From NCBI GenBank assembly GCA_964490075.1, contig CAZBBK010000012.1:1-64000 (forward strand): a stretch of 64,000 nt of DNA, written 5' to 3'. This DNA is from an uncultured Gemmatimonadota bacterium (GTDB lineage Bacteria; GCA-2686955). The notes below the pieces were generated by a model. It worked only from the letters and a program-made list of their open reading frames with translations. It made no database searches and was not told the origin of the DNA. Positions 39,426 to 48,146 of this stretch are shown piece by piece (position 1 is the first letter of the stretch; each line of letters begins with the position of its first letter). The position numbers and the translations under genes are program-made.

Positions 39426-40735
39426 CGCGCGGTCTGCGGGTGGAGAGCATCGATCGGATGAGCCGTGCCGCGCGCCGCGGAGTCGGCGTCGGGCATCGTC
39501 TGATCGCGGTGAACGGCCGCGAGGTGAACGACGATCTCGACCTGATCTTCGAGGCCAGCGGCGAGGAGCGCGTCCAATGCCTGTTCGAGCGCGAAGGCGA
39601 GCGGCTGGAGGTGGAGCTGCCCCAGGGCGACTGGGGGATCACCTGGGGCGAGACCGAAACTCGCCTGTGCCGCAGCAAATGTGTCTTCTGTTACGTGCAC
39701 CAGAACCCGAAGGGGATGCGCCGGCCGATCTACGTGATGGACGAAGATCTGCGGCTGTCGTTCCTCTTTGGCAGCTTCACGACGCTGTCGAATCTGAGCG
39801 ACGCCGACCGCCGGCGCATCGTCGCCCAGCGCTTGTCGCCGCTCTACGTTTCGGTGCACGCCACCGACGAGCGGGTGCGAGAGTCGATGCTGCGGCTGCG
39901 CGCGCGGGCCAACCGCACGCCGATTCTCGACGACATCGACTTCTTCGTCGCCCACGGCATCGAGCTGCACACCCAGACGGTGCTCTGCCCCGGCATCAAC
40001 GACACTGCGGTGCTGGAGCGCACAGTGCGCGACCTGGCCGCGCGCCGGCCGCTGATCCGCTCGCTGGCCTGCGTGCCGGTGGGACTGACCGCCCACCGCA
40101 AGAACCTGCCCCGGATCCGTCCTTTCGACCGCGCGGCGGCCGCCTCCGCGGTGGCGCGCATCGAGGAGCTGGATGAGCGCCTCGACGACGGAAGCCGCGA
40201 GCGCTTCGTCTATGCCGCAGACGAGCTCTACTGCATCGCCGGCCTCGATCCGCCGCCGCTGGAGCACTACGGCGACCTGGAGCAGCTCGACAACGGCGTG
40301 GGGCTGATCCGCTACTGGGAAGAGATCATCACCGAAGCCCTGGCCGATCTACGGCCCGCGGCGCGGCCGCGCCGGGTACTGGCGCTGACCGGGATGTCGG
40401 CCCACGGCCACCTCGAAGCGGCGCTACGGGCGGCGGAAAGGGATCACCTGGAGCTGCGCCTGGATGCTGTTCCCAACCGCCTCTTCGGCGACACGGTGAC
40501 GGTCGCCAATCTGCTCGCCGGCGCCGATCTGCTGGCGGCGATCGACGCGGCGCTCCGCAGCGGCTTCGATCCCCACCTGGTGCTCCTGCCGCCGAAGATC
40601 CTGAACTCCGATCGTCTCTTCCTCGACGATCTGTCCTTCGACGAGGCGCGGGCCCGCGCCGGCGTCGAGCTGGCACCCGCGCCCGACGACCCGCGGGAGC
40701 TGGCGCGGATGCTTGGTGGCCCACTCAGTGGGTGA
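39422..40735 (+). CDS. DUF512-domain radical-SAM-like Fe-S protein with N-terminal PDZ-like region
   Basis: CRSKCVFC, QNPKGMR, DEDLRLSFL.GSFTTL, LSPLYVSVH, VLCPGIND, VPVGLT, QLDNGVG. Confidence 0.9.
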   Translation: MTRGLRVESIDRMSRAARRGVGVGHRLIAVNGREVNDDLDLIFEASGEERVQCLFEREGERLEVELPQGDWGITWGETETRLCRSKCVFCYVHQNPKGMRRPIYVMDEDLRLSFLFGSFTTLSNLSDADRRRIVAQRLSPLYVSVHATDERVRESMLRLRARANRTPILDDIDFFVAHGIELHTQTVLCPGINDTAVLERTVRDLAARRPLIRSLACVPVGLTAHRKNLPRIRPFDRAAAASAVARIEELDERLDDGSRERFVYAADELYCIAGLDPPPLEHYGDLEQLDNGVGLIRYWEEIITEALADLRPAARPRRVLALTGMSAHGHLEAALRAAERDHLELRLDAVPNRLFGDTVTVANLLAGADLLAAIDAALRSGFDPHLVLLPPKILNSDRLFLDDLSFDEARARAGVELAPAPDDPRELARMLGGPLSG

Positions 40736-41723
40736 GCTGGTCGATGACCTGGTAGAGATCGATGTACTCACGTTCGGTCACCGCGCTCCGCCAGTGCCCG
40801 GTCCAGCGCGCCGTCGCGTAGATGGAGAGCACCAACACCATCATCCCGGCCCAGAAGACCGGGGCGCTCAGGCGCCGCGAGCCGCCCAGCACCAGGGCGT
40901 TGGGCTCGGGACAGGTGGCGACACAATCGAGGCAGCCGGTGCACTCCGCGCTGATGATCCGCGCCTTGCTCGATACCGGCAGGCGCGCCATGCAGGCCGC
41001 GTCGCACATTCCGCAGTCGAGGCAGGCCTCGGCGTTGCGCTTGATGCGCAGCGGTGAGGCGAAGGAGAACAGGCCGAACCAGGCGCCATAGGGGCACAGG
41101 TAGCGACACCAAAAGCCCTCGACGAAGACCGAGCCCAGCGCCAACAGCGCGAGCACCACGGCCGCGGTGGTGCTGAGGTCGGCGAAGAAGAGGTACATTT
41201 TGACATCGCTGACGCGGTTGTAGGGGGCATGGATGAAGGCGGCGAGGGCGTCGGCGTGCATCGAGCCGATCGCCCAGACGAAGAAGACGAGCAGCAGGTA
41301 CTTCAGAGAGCGAAGTGGGATGTCGAGCGAGGTCGGTGGCGCGAGGTTGCGGCCCACGATGCGCCGCCCCAGCGCCGCCAGGCGCTCGGAGAGCAAACCG
41401 ACCGGGCAGATCCAGGAGCAGAAGCTCTTGCGGAAGGCGAATACACACGCGGTGAAGGCCACGAAGAGCAGCGTGGCGGCGGGGTGGATGGTGTTCAAGC
41501 GCCCCTGGTAGAGCCAGTCCAATGCACCCATCAGACCGCTGATGGGCAGAAAGGCTTCGGCGCTCGGCGGACGGGCGGCCAGAGGCAGCTCGCCGCCACG
41601 AATCGTCGCCACGAAACGGGCGAAAAGCCAGCCGATCCAGATCAGGAAGAGCGCGAACCCGCCCTGGCTTGCCAGCCGCAGAGCGTAGCTGCGGCGCTTC
41701 TTTGGGCCGATGCATCGTTCCAA
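40725..41723 (-). CDS. 4Fe-4S-binding membrane protein (NapH/MauN-like)
   Basis: FCSWICPVG, WCRYLCPYG, CLDCGMCDAAC, CTGCLDCVATCP. Start uncertain (TTG 41723). Confidence 0.85.
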   Translation of the reverse strand: MERCIGPKKRRSYALRLASQGGFALFLIWIGWLFARFVATIRGGELPLAARPPSAEAFLPISGLMGALDWLYQGRLNTIHPAATLLFVAFTACVFAFRKSFCSWICPVGLLSERLAALGRRIVGRNLAPPTSLDIPLRSLKYLLLVFFVWAIGSMHADALAAFIHAPYNRVSDVKMYLFFADLSTTAAVVLALLALGSVFVEGFWCRYLCPYGAWFGLFSFASPLRIKRNAEACLDCGMCDAACMARLPVSSKARIISAECTGCLDCVATCPEPNALVLGGSRRLSAPVFWAGMMVLVLSIYATARWTGHWRSAVTEREYIDLYQVIDQLTH

Positions 41724-41757
41724 CGTGGAGCCAAAGCGCGCCGTCTCGGCGTCAGGC

Positions 41758-44229
41758 TCAGAAGCGCAGGTCGAGACGGAATGCATAGAAGGCGCCGTTG
41801 AAGCCGAAGGGGCTGGCCCTGGGGTACTGGAAGATCTTCCCCTCGCCGGCAAAGGGGTGGCCCTGGTCGATGGCGAAGTCCGGGTAGACATCGAAGACGT
41901 TGTGGCCGGTGAAGGCCACGCGCACCGCATCGGTGAGCTGGTAGGAGAGATCGACGTCGGTCAGCCACTTGGCGCCGAAGGTCGGATCGCTCGCGGGATC
42001 GCCGATGTCGATCACGCCCTGGATCGATCCGAAACGAATCCCCCGCACCACGCATCCGATCGGCCCGCGCTGGTAGGTAGCGTCCAGAATCACCGTTTCG
42101 CCCGGCTGATACTCTTCGATTCGGACCCGTTCCACGCGGTTCAGCACCACGTCCTCGCCGGCCTCGCCGAGGACCGCGGGAGCCTTCACGTCGCCGATGA
42201 TTCGGGTGCGGTTCAGATGACATTTGGCGCTCAGATCGAGGCGGCCTCCGGCGCCCAGATTCCAGTCCAGGCGGGCCGAGAGATCGGCGCCCTGGGTGCG
42301 GGTGTCGACCGCGTTGGTGAAGTAGCGGGCACCGGCTACGCTGTACGACTCCAAGAGATCGACCACATCCTGTCCGTAGACCTCCGCATCTTGATTGATG
42401 TCGCCCGAGAGAACGATTCGGTTCTCGATGGCGGCCAGAAAGTAGTCGGCCGCGAGCTCGACATTGGCGAGGGGCTGGTAGGTCGCGCCGGCGCTCACAT
42501 GAAGCGAACGCTCAGGCATCAGGTCGGACGCGCCCAGGCCCTGGGCCAGGGGGTGGTCGACGGGAAAGGTGCCGACTTCGTAGGGGACGTTTTCGATGAA
42601 GGCGGTGGCGGTGGAGGTGAAATGGGATTGCGCCAGGGAAGGTGCCCGAAACCCGGAGCTGGTCGAGCCGCGCAATACCACCGCGTCGAGCGGCTGATAG
42701 GCCAGCGCCAGCTTGCCGTCGAGCGTCGATCCGAAATCGTCGTAGTACTCGTAGCGACCGGCAAGCCCCAGCAAGAGCTCGCCCCTCAGATCGCTTTCGA
42801 GATCCAGGTAGAGCCCGATATTATGTCTCGACTCATCGCGCTCGTTGCCGGGCATGAAGCCGGGAAAGACCTGCGCTCCGGCCGAGGTGATCGCTCCGGC
42901 GTTGGGGCCGTCGAGCACCGGGACGCCCCGATGGATGTACGACACCTCTTCGCCGCGCTCGATCCGGTAGCCCTCGTAACGGTGCTCGAGTCCCAGGCCG
43001 ACGCGCAAAGGAGTGGCCAGCAGATCGTCGAAGGCGCGGAAGAGATCGACGTTGGTGGTGCTTTGCCGGAAGATCATCGTGCCACAGTCGAAGCTGGTGG
43101 AGCTCGACTCGCCGAACGACGCGTTCAGGCTGTTCTCGACGTGGTACTGGTAGCGGTTTTCGCCGCTCGAGTTGCTCAGATCCCACGACCACGCCGACTC
43201 GGTCTCGCCGCGCAGCCCGAGCGCCGCCGACAGATCCCAGATCTCGGGAGCGATCAGGGGCAAGAAGCCGCGCGGGTAGATCGCGCGCACATTGCGGTCG
43301 TCCTGGGGTGTTCGAAAGAACCCGCCGGCCTCGCTCTGGCGATAGCTCGCTCCGCCGAAGAAGTAGCAGGTGGCGAGGTCCGACAGAGGTAGCTCGCCGT
43401 TGAGCATCGCCAGCCTATCCTGGGCCTCGGGGTCGCCGAGTCGGAAGGTCACCAGGTCGTTCAGGCGCGGCTCGTCGTTGCGCGGATCGCCGTCGAAATA
43501 CTGCTGTCTGCTGTCGGCGCCGGCGCGATTGGTGCGTTCCCGATCGCGGATCTCGCCGGTGACGTGGACGAAGCCCTCGTTCGGCAAGGCCCTGCCGAAG
43601 CCGTAGTCGACTTGCAGGACCTCGCCGTCGCCCTCGCGGGTTGCTCCCCAGGTGGCCGAAGAGTGGGTTTCGCCGTCGGCGCGCAACACGATATTAATGA
43701 TGCCGGCGATGGCATCCGATCCGTACTGGGCGGCGGCGCCGTCGCGCAGCACCTCGATGCGCTCGATCGCGCGCAAGGGGATGGTGTTGAGATCGACCGA
43801 GGTGCAACCGCGGCCGACCGAGTCGTTGATGTGGACCAGGGCACCCGAGTGGCGCCGCTTGCCGTTGATCAGCACCAGCACCTGGTCGGAGCCCATGCCG
43901 CGCAGCGTGAAGGGGCGGGCGTGATCGGTGCCGTCCTCGATCGTGGAGCGGGGGAAGTTGAACGATGGCAAGAGCCGTTGCAGGACCTTGTTCAGCTCCC
44001 CGTAGCCCGAGCGCTCGAGCTCGGCGGCGGTCAGGACGGTCACCGGAACGGGGGACTGGGAAAGCGCTCGCTCGGGGCCGCGTGTGCCGACGTCGATCTC
44101 GACCGCCATCAGCTCTTCGAGCGAGAGGTGGTAGTACTCGCCGGGCTCCGGGGGCGCGGTGTCGGCGCGCACCACGGATGCGAGGGCGAAGGAGAGCGGG
44201 AGCAACGTCAATCCGCGCAAGGCGTGCAT
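41758..44229 (-). CDS. TonB-dependent receptor
   Basis: Signal peptide after GGAGG; LSLEELM; LRGMGSDQVLVLINGKRRH; IERIEVLRDGAAAQYGSDAIAGIINIVL; terminal Phe (RLDLRF). Confidence 0.95.
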   Translation of the reverse strand: MHALRGLTLLPLSFALASVVRADTAPPEPGEYYHLSLEELMAVEIDVGTRGPERALSQSPVPVTVLTAAELERSGYGELNKVLQRLLPSFNFPRSTIEDGTDHARPFTLRGMGSDQVLVLINGKRRHSGALVHINDSVGRGCTSVDLNTIPLRAIERIEVLRDGAAAQYGSDAIAGIINIVLRADGETHSSATWGATREGDGEVLQVDYGFGRALPNEGFVHVTGEIRDRERTNRAGADSRQQYFDGDPRNDEPRLNDLVTFRLGDPEAQDRLAMLNGELPLSDLATCYFFGGASYRQSEAGGFFRTPQDDRNVRAIYPRGFLPLIAPEIWDLSAALGLRGETESAWSWDLSNSSGENRYQYHVENSLNASFGESSSTSFDCGTMIFRQSTTNVDLFRAFDDLLATPLRVGLGLEHRYEGYRIERGEEVSYIHRGVPVLDGPNAGAITSAGAQVFPGFMPGNERDESRHNIGLYLDLESDLRGELLLGLAGRYEYYDDFGSTLDGKLALAYQPLDAVVLRGSTSSGFRAPSLAQSHFTSTATAFIENVPYEVGTFPVDHPLAQGLGASDLMPERSLHVSAGATYQPLANVELAADYFLAAIENRIVLSGDINQDAEVYGQDVVDLLESYSVAGARYFTNAVDTRTQGADLSARLDWNLGAGGRLDLSAKCHLNRTRIIGDVKAPAVLGEAGEDVVLNRVERVRIEEYQPGETVILDATYQRGPIGCVVRGIRFGSIQGVIDIGDPASDPTFGAKWLTDVDLSYQLTDAVRVAFTGHNVFDVYPDFAIDQGHPFAGEGKIFQYPRASPFGFNGAFYAFRLDLRF

Positions 44230-44412
44230 GTCGACCTCCGTCCCATTTGGATCGGTCACCGATCGGCCCGCGCGGCGGGCCGCGGGCGGCCGATGCGCTG
44301 GTGGTTGGAACTCGCCGTCGGGGTTCGACTCGGGATGGACCTCTCCGGCGGCACGCTGCTCCAGATCATAGGGCCCATGGCGCGCTGCGTCACGTACTTC
44401 CGGCGGAGGCAC

Positions 44413-47184
44413 TCAGCCCGCGTGCGCCTGCACTCCGAGTCGCGACACCACGCGGCGCAGCGAGGAGTCCTGCATGCGCAGCACGCGCGCCGCGGCGCGT
44501 TGATTGCCACCGGTGTCGCCCAGGGCGCGCTCCACGACTCGGCGCTGGATTTCGTCGATGACCTGGCGGTGCCCGGTGTGGGTGATCCAGTCGAAGAGGT
44601 CGTCGATCAGCCCGCTCCGACCCTCGGTCGCTCCCGGACCCGAGGCCGCCTGCCGCAGGTAGTCCGGCAGCAGCCGCTTGGGGATCGACGCGCATTCTCG
44701 ACCGTGAAGCTCCGCCGCGGTGAGCACGGCGTTCTTCAGCTCGCGGATGTTGCCGGGCCAGTGGTAGCTCTGGCAGACGTGCAGGGCCTCCGCGCTGAAA
44801 TGCGGCGCATTGTCCAGCCGGCGCTCCTCCTGGAAGGTGGCCAGGAACTGGTCGATCAGCTCGGGCAGATCTTCCATACGCTCGCGTAGGGCGGGCAGGT
44901 GGATCTGGGTTCCCGCCAGGCGGTAGTAGAGATCGGGACGGAAGCGACCGGCATCCATCTCTTCGCGCGGGTCGCGGTTGGTCGCCGCGACGATGCGTAC
45001 ATCGGTCGGCTGCGCATTGCGACATCCCACCGGACGCACTTCCCGCTCCGCCAGGGCGCGCAACAGCTTGGCCTGCATGGCGGGCGCCATTTCGGCGATC
45101 TCGTCGAGGAAGAGGGTACCTCCGTGAGCGGCCCGGAACAGCCCCGGGCGGTCCTCGGTGGCGCCGGTGAAGGCGCCGCGCTTGAAGCCGAAGAGCTCGG
45201 CCTCGGCCATGCTCTCGGGGATGGCGGCGCAGTTGACCGCCACGAAGGGGCCGCCGGCACGCGGGCTGTTCTGGTGGATCAGCTCGGCTACCAGCTCCTT
45301 GCCGGTGCCCGATTCGCCGGTAATCAGAATCGGTAGCTCGGCGGCCTTCAGGCCGCGCACTCTGTCGAGGACATCGATCATGGCCGCCGAACGCGAACGA
45401 ATGGCACCCAGCCGGGTGGCGGGGGCGGCTTCGCGGCGGTGGGAGTCGGCCCCCTGCTCGCCCCGAGCCACGCGCACGATCGCCGACACTCCGGCGGCGA
45501 TGGAGGCGAAGGCGCGCAGGTCCGAGCGGTCGAAGCCGGCGCGGGAGTCGGTGGCGGTCGCTTCCACGTAGACCAATCCCTCGGCGATGCCTTCCCGTGC
45601 GATCGAGTAGAGCATCGCGGAGCGCGCGGGTTTCTCGGCCGGCGCGGCCGCCGGTGAGAGCAGAATCGGCACGTTCGGATCGCTGACGCTCGATCCGAGG
45701 TGCCGGGCACCTAGCGTCCGCATCGTGGCAGCTTCGATTCCCTGGTTGGCCAACACTTCTGATTCGCCGGTCCGGCAGTTGGTCTGCAGCAACACGACGC
45801 CCGTAGCGGCGAAGTGCTTGCGGATCGTGTCGCAACAACTGGTCAGTCGTGCGCGGTGATCATCGAGGCCGAGAGCCGCCACGAGCTCGTCGATGACGGC
45901 GGCGGTGCCGGAGATATCGGTGTGGAAAGCCGCCTCCGCCGTGGCGCGAGCCGCGTCCAGCCAACCGCACCACAGGTCTCGCAGATGGCTCGAGACCTCG
46001 CCCGGGCAGGGGGCATTCCAGAGCATCGCCCGGCAGCGATCGAGACGCTCGACGGCGCCCGAGCGCCCGAATGCGGCGCGGGCGAGCGCGCGCAGCACCC
46101 GCACCTCCCAGGTAAACGAGTCGTGTTGGATCGCGCGAGCCGTCTCTTCGGCGCGATCGAGCAAGGACTCGAGCGCTGGCAGCGCATCGAGCTCGGCCTC
46201 GTCGATCAGCGCCTTGACCTGGTCGGCGAGGACTCGGAAGTGGACCAGCACCGCATCGTCGGTCCGGCTGCGCTCCTGCGCGCGTTCGAAGGCCCTGTTC
46301 GAGGCGTCTCGATCTCCCGCTCTTCGGTGGGCGATCGCCAGCAAGCGATGGAGATCGGCCTGCACCTGCGTGTGGCCATGGATGCGGGCCAGCTCCAGGG
46401 CGCGCTCGCATTCGTTCAGGCAGGGGCCGGGCTCGTCGTGGGCGGCGAGCTTGGCCTCGGCCAGCGCCAGGCGGGTGTAGGTTTCGTGGGAGCGCCACGG
46501 AGGACCCTGCCGACACTCTTCGACGAGCTCTCCGAGAGCGGCCTCGGCACGCCCGGGATCGTCGTGGATCCACACCGATGCCGAGGCGAAATCGTGATTG
46601 AAGCGTTCCGGGCTCGGGTATTCGACGGGGCAATCCCCGATCTCGCGCAGGCGTGCTCGTGCTGCGGCGACGTCGCGTAGGCGTAGGTCGTTGAACACTT
46701 TGCTGAGCTCGACCTCGAGCGAACCAGCTCCAGATTTCGCGGCGGATTCCAACGCGCGGCGCCCGTCCTCCAACTTTCCCAGCCCGAGGAATCCCGCGGC
46801 GAGCTGTCTTCGCAGCCCTGCCTTGCGGCGCGCCGTTTGGGCTGAGCCGATCGCCCTCTCGAGGAAGTGCAGCGACTCCAGATAGCGCCCGGGCCTCCAG
46901 TAGATGACTGCCAGGGCTTCGTACGCGCGCACCGTTCTTTCCGCAGCTTTCTCGCGCAGCGCAATCCCCAGCGCCAGATGAGCTTGCTCCTCCGCGGCCG
47001 GAGGGTGGCCAGCCTTGCGCGCCGCGTGTGCCTTCACGATGCGGATTTCGAATCGGGCCCAGGCGGGGAGCTCATCGCCCGGCTCCTCCGCCGCCAGCAC
47101 CGATTCGATGTCTCCGGCATGCAGCCCTTGTCTCAGCTCCAGGATCAGCTCCCGGAGCCGCGCATCCTCATCGAGTCTGGGCAC
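44413..47184 (-). CDS. Sigma54 enhancer-binding protein: TPR-like region, GAF, AAA+, Fis HTH
   Basis: GESGTGKE, AELFGFKRGAFTGA, LFLDEI, FRPDLYYRL, WPGNIREL, GNQRAAARVL; helical repeat N-terminal half. Confidence 0.93.
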   Translation of the reverse strand: MPRLDEDARLRELILELRQGLHAGDIESVLAAEEPGDELPAWARFEIRIVKAHAARKAGHPPAAEEQAHLALGIALREKAAERTVRAYEALAVIYWRPGRYLESLHFLERAIGSAQTARRKAGLRRQLAAGFLGLGKLEDGRRALESAAKSGAGSLEVELSKVFNDLRLRDVAAARARLREIGDCPVEYPSPERFNHDFASASVWIHDDPGRAEAALGELVEECRQGPPWRSHETYTRLALAEAKLAAHDEPGPCLNECERALELARIHGHTQVQADLHRLLAIAHRRAGDRDASNRAFERAQERSRTDDAVLVHFRVLADQVKALIDEAELDALPALESLLDRAEETARAIQHDSFTWEVRVLRALARAAFGRSGAVERLDRCRAMLWNAPCPGEVSSHLRDLWCGWLDAARATAEAAFHTDISGTAAVIDELVAALGLDDHRARLTSCCDTIRKHFAATGVVLLQTNCRTGESEVLANQGIEAATMRTLGARHLGSSVSDPNVPILLSPAAAPAEKPARSAMLYSIAREGIAEGLVYVEATATDSRAGFDRSDLRAFASIAAGVSAIVRVARGEQGADSHRREAAPATRLGAIRSRSAAMIDVLDRVRGLKAAELPILITGESGTGKELVAELIHQNSPRAGGPFVAVNCAAIPESMAEAELFGFKRGAFTGATEDRPGLFRAAHGGTLFLDEIAEMAPAMQAKLLRALAEREVRPVGCRNAQPTDVRIVAATNRDPREEMDAGRFRPDLYYRLAGTQIHLPALRERMEDLPELIDQFLATFQEERRLDNAPHFSAEALHVCQSYHWPGNIRELKNAVLTAAELHGRECASIPKRLLPDYLRQAASGPGATEGRSGLIDDLFDWITHTGHRQVIDEIQRRVVERALGDTGGNQRAAARVLRMQDSSLRRVVSRLGVQAHAG

Positions 47185-47506
47185 GGCCGGCCTCCGGCGG
47201 CGACGGGCAAGGAAGCACCTGCATCCGAATCAGGGCCCGCCACCACGGGGGCAGGGATCCCGGCGTGATCGAAGGCGGCGGGTTGTCGGGAACCTGTCCG
47301 GGCCGGACGAAATCGTCTTCCTGGTCGGGCGGCTCGGGACCCCAGATCGTGTCGACGATTTCCACCTCGGGCACCTCCCACATCTCGTGATAGATGATCG
47401 CCCCGGCATCTCCCATCGGCGCCAGATACAGCGCCAGCACCGCGGCGCCCAGCGGCGCGCCCCATTTACGGGGAGCTCTCGTCTCGTCTCGTGCATCTCT
47501 GGACAT
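47168..47506 (-). CDS. Small secreted Pro/acidic-rich protein (112 aa)
   Basis: GGAGGT RBS, ATG 47506, signal peptide ...KWGAPLGAAVLALYLAPMGDAGA; stop overlaps the activator start. Confidence 0.6.
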   Translation of the reverse strand: MSRDARDETRAPRKWGAPLGAAVLALYLAPMGDAGAIIYHEMWEVPEVEIVDTIWGPEPPDQEDDFVRPGQVPDNPPPSITPGSLPPWWRALIRMQVLPCPSPPEAGRAQTR

Positions 47507-48007
47507 TTCGGACCTCCGGTGGCTGGGTGAGCTCGGCCTGTTGCGTCCACTCGCTCGATACACGAGCTGGCCTGGTTCCATTCTAGCCAGCCTACGGCTC
47601 GCCGCAGTGAAAAGCCGGGCTCGTCTTGGCGGGCCGATTGCGCTCGCGGCTGCGCGCGATGCGCGCCTGCGCCGCCGGGCACGCTCCCGAGCGACCCGCC
47701 CATGTCTCGCAGTGCATGATCCAAGTGATTGCCTCAATGCGCCATAGGCGATCAGCTGAGGAGCTCTCGGGGGGCGTCGAGCGGTAGCAGCGATCTGTGG
47801 TGCGCGCATTGCGCGCGGCCGATGCGGGCCCGAAAAAAGTCGTTTGCGCGCACAGGCAACCCGAGAAATATGTGCATGCATATTTTCCTCGGCCCTGGCA
47901 CCGGCCGCGGCGAACACCTAGTGAATCGGCCCAGTCCCCAAGCTTCAATCACTTGCACCGCCCGCCGGCGCACTGTGCCGTTGCGATCGGCTCTCTTCCC
48001 GGGGCGC

Positions 48008-48024
48008 CGGCACGCTCCCTGCAT
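48008..48024 (+). promoter_or_regulatory. Sigma54 (-24/-12) promoter candidate for the RHS gene
   Basis: CGGCACGCTCCCTGCAT, exact GG-N10-GC spacing, about 120 bp before ATG 48147. Confidence 0.65.
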
Positions 48025-48146
48025 TTGGGCGCCGGCCGTGGGCATCGAGCGGATGCCCTGCAACACGATCAACGCTTCGGCCACGCGCCGTCGACCCTTC
48101 ATCCACCGGTCGACTCGTGAGCGCCGAGGAACCAAGGGAGGCTGCG

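Noticed and set aside
44318-44336. GGTTCGACTC resembling a tRNA T-loop
   Set aside because: The flanks do not form a T-stem and no cloverleaf is present.
47895-47912. TGGCAC as a second sigma54 promoter
   Set aside because: There is no GC at the -12 position with GG-N10-GC spacing.
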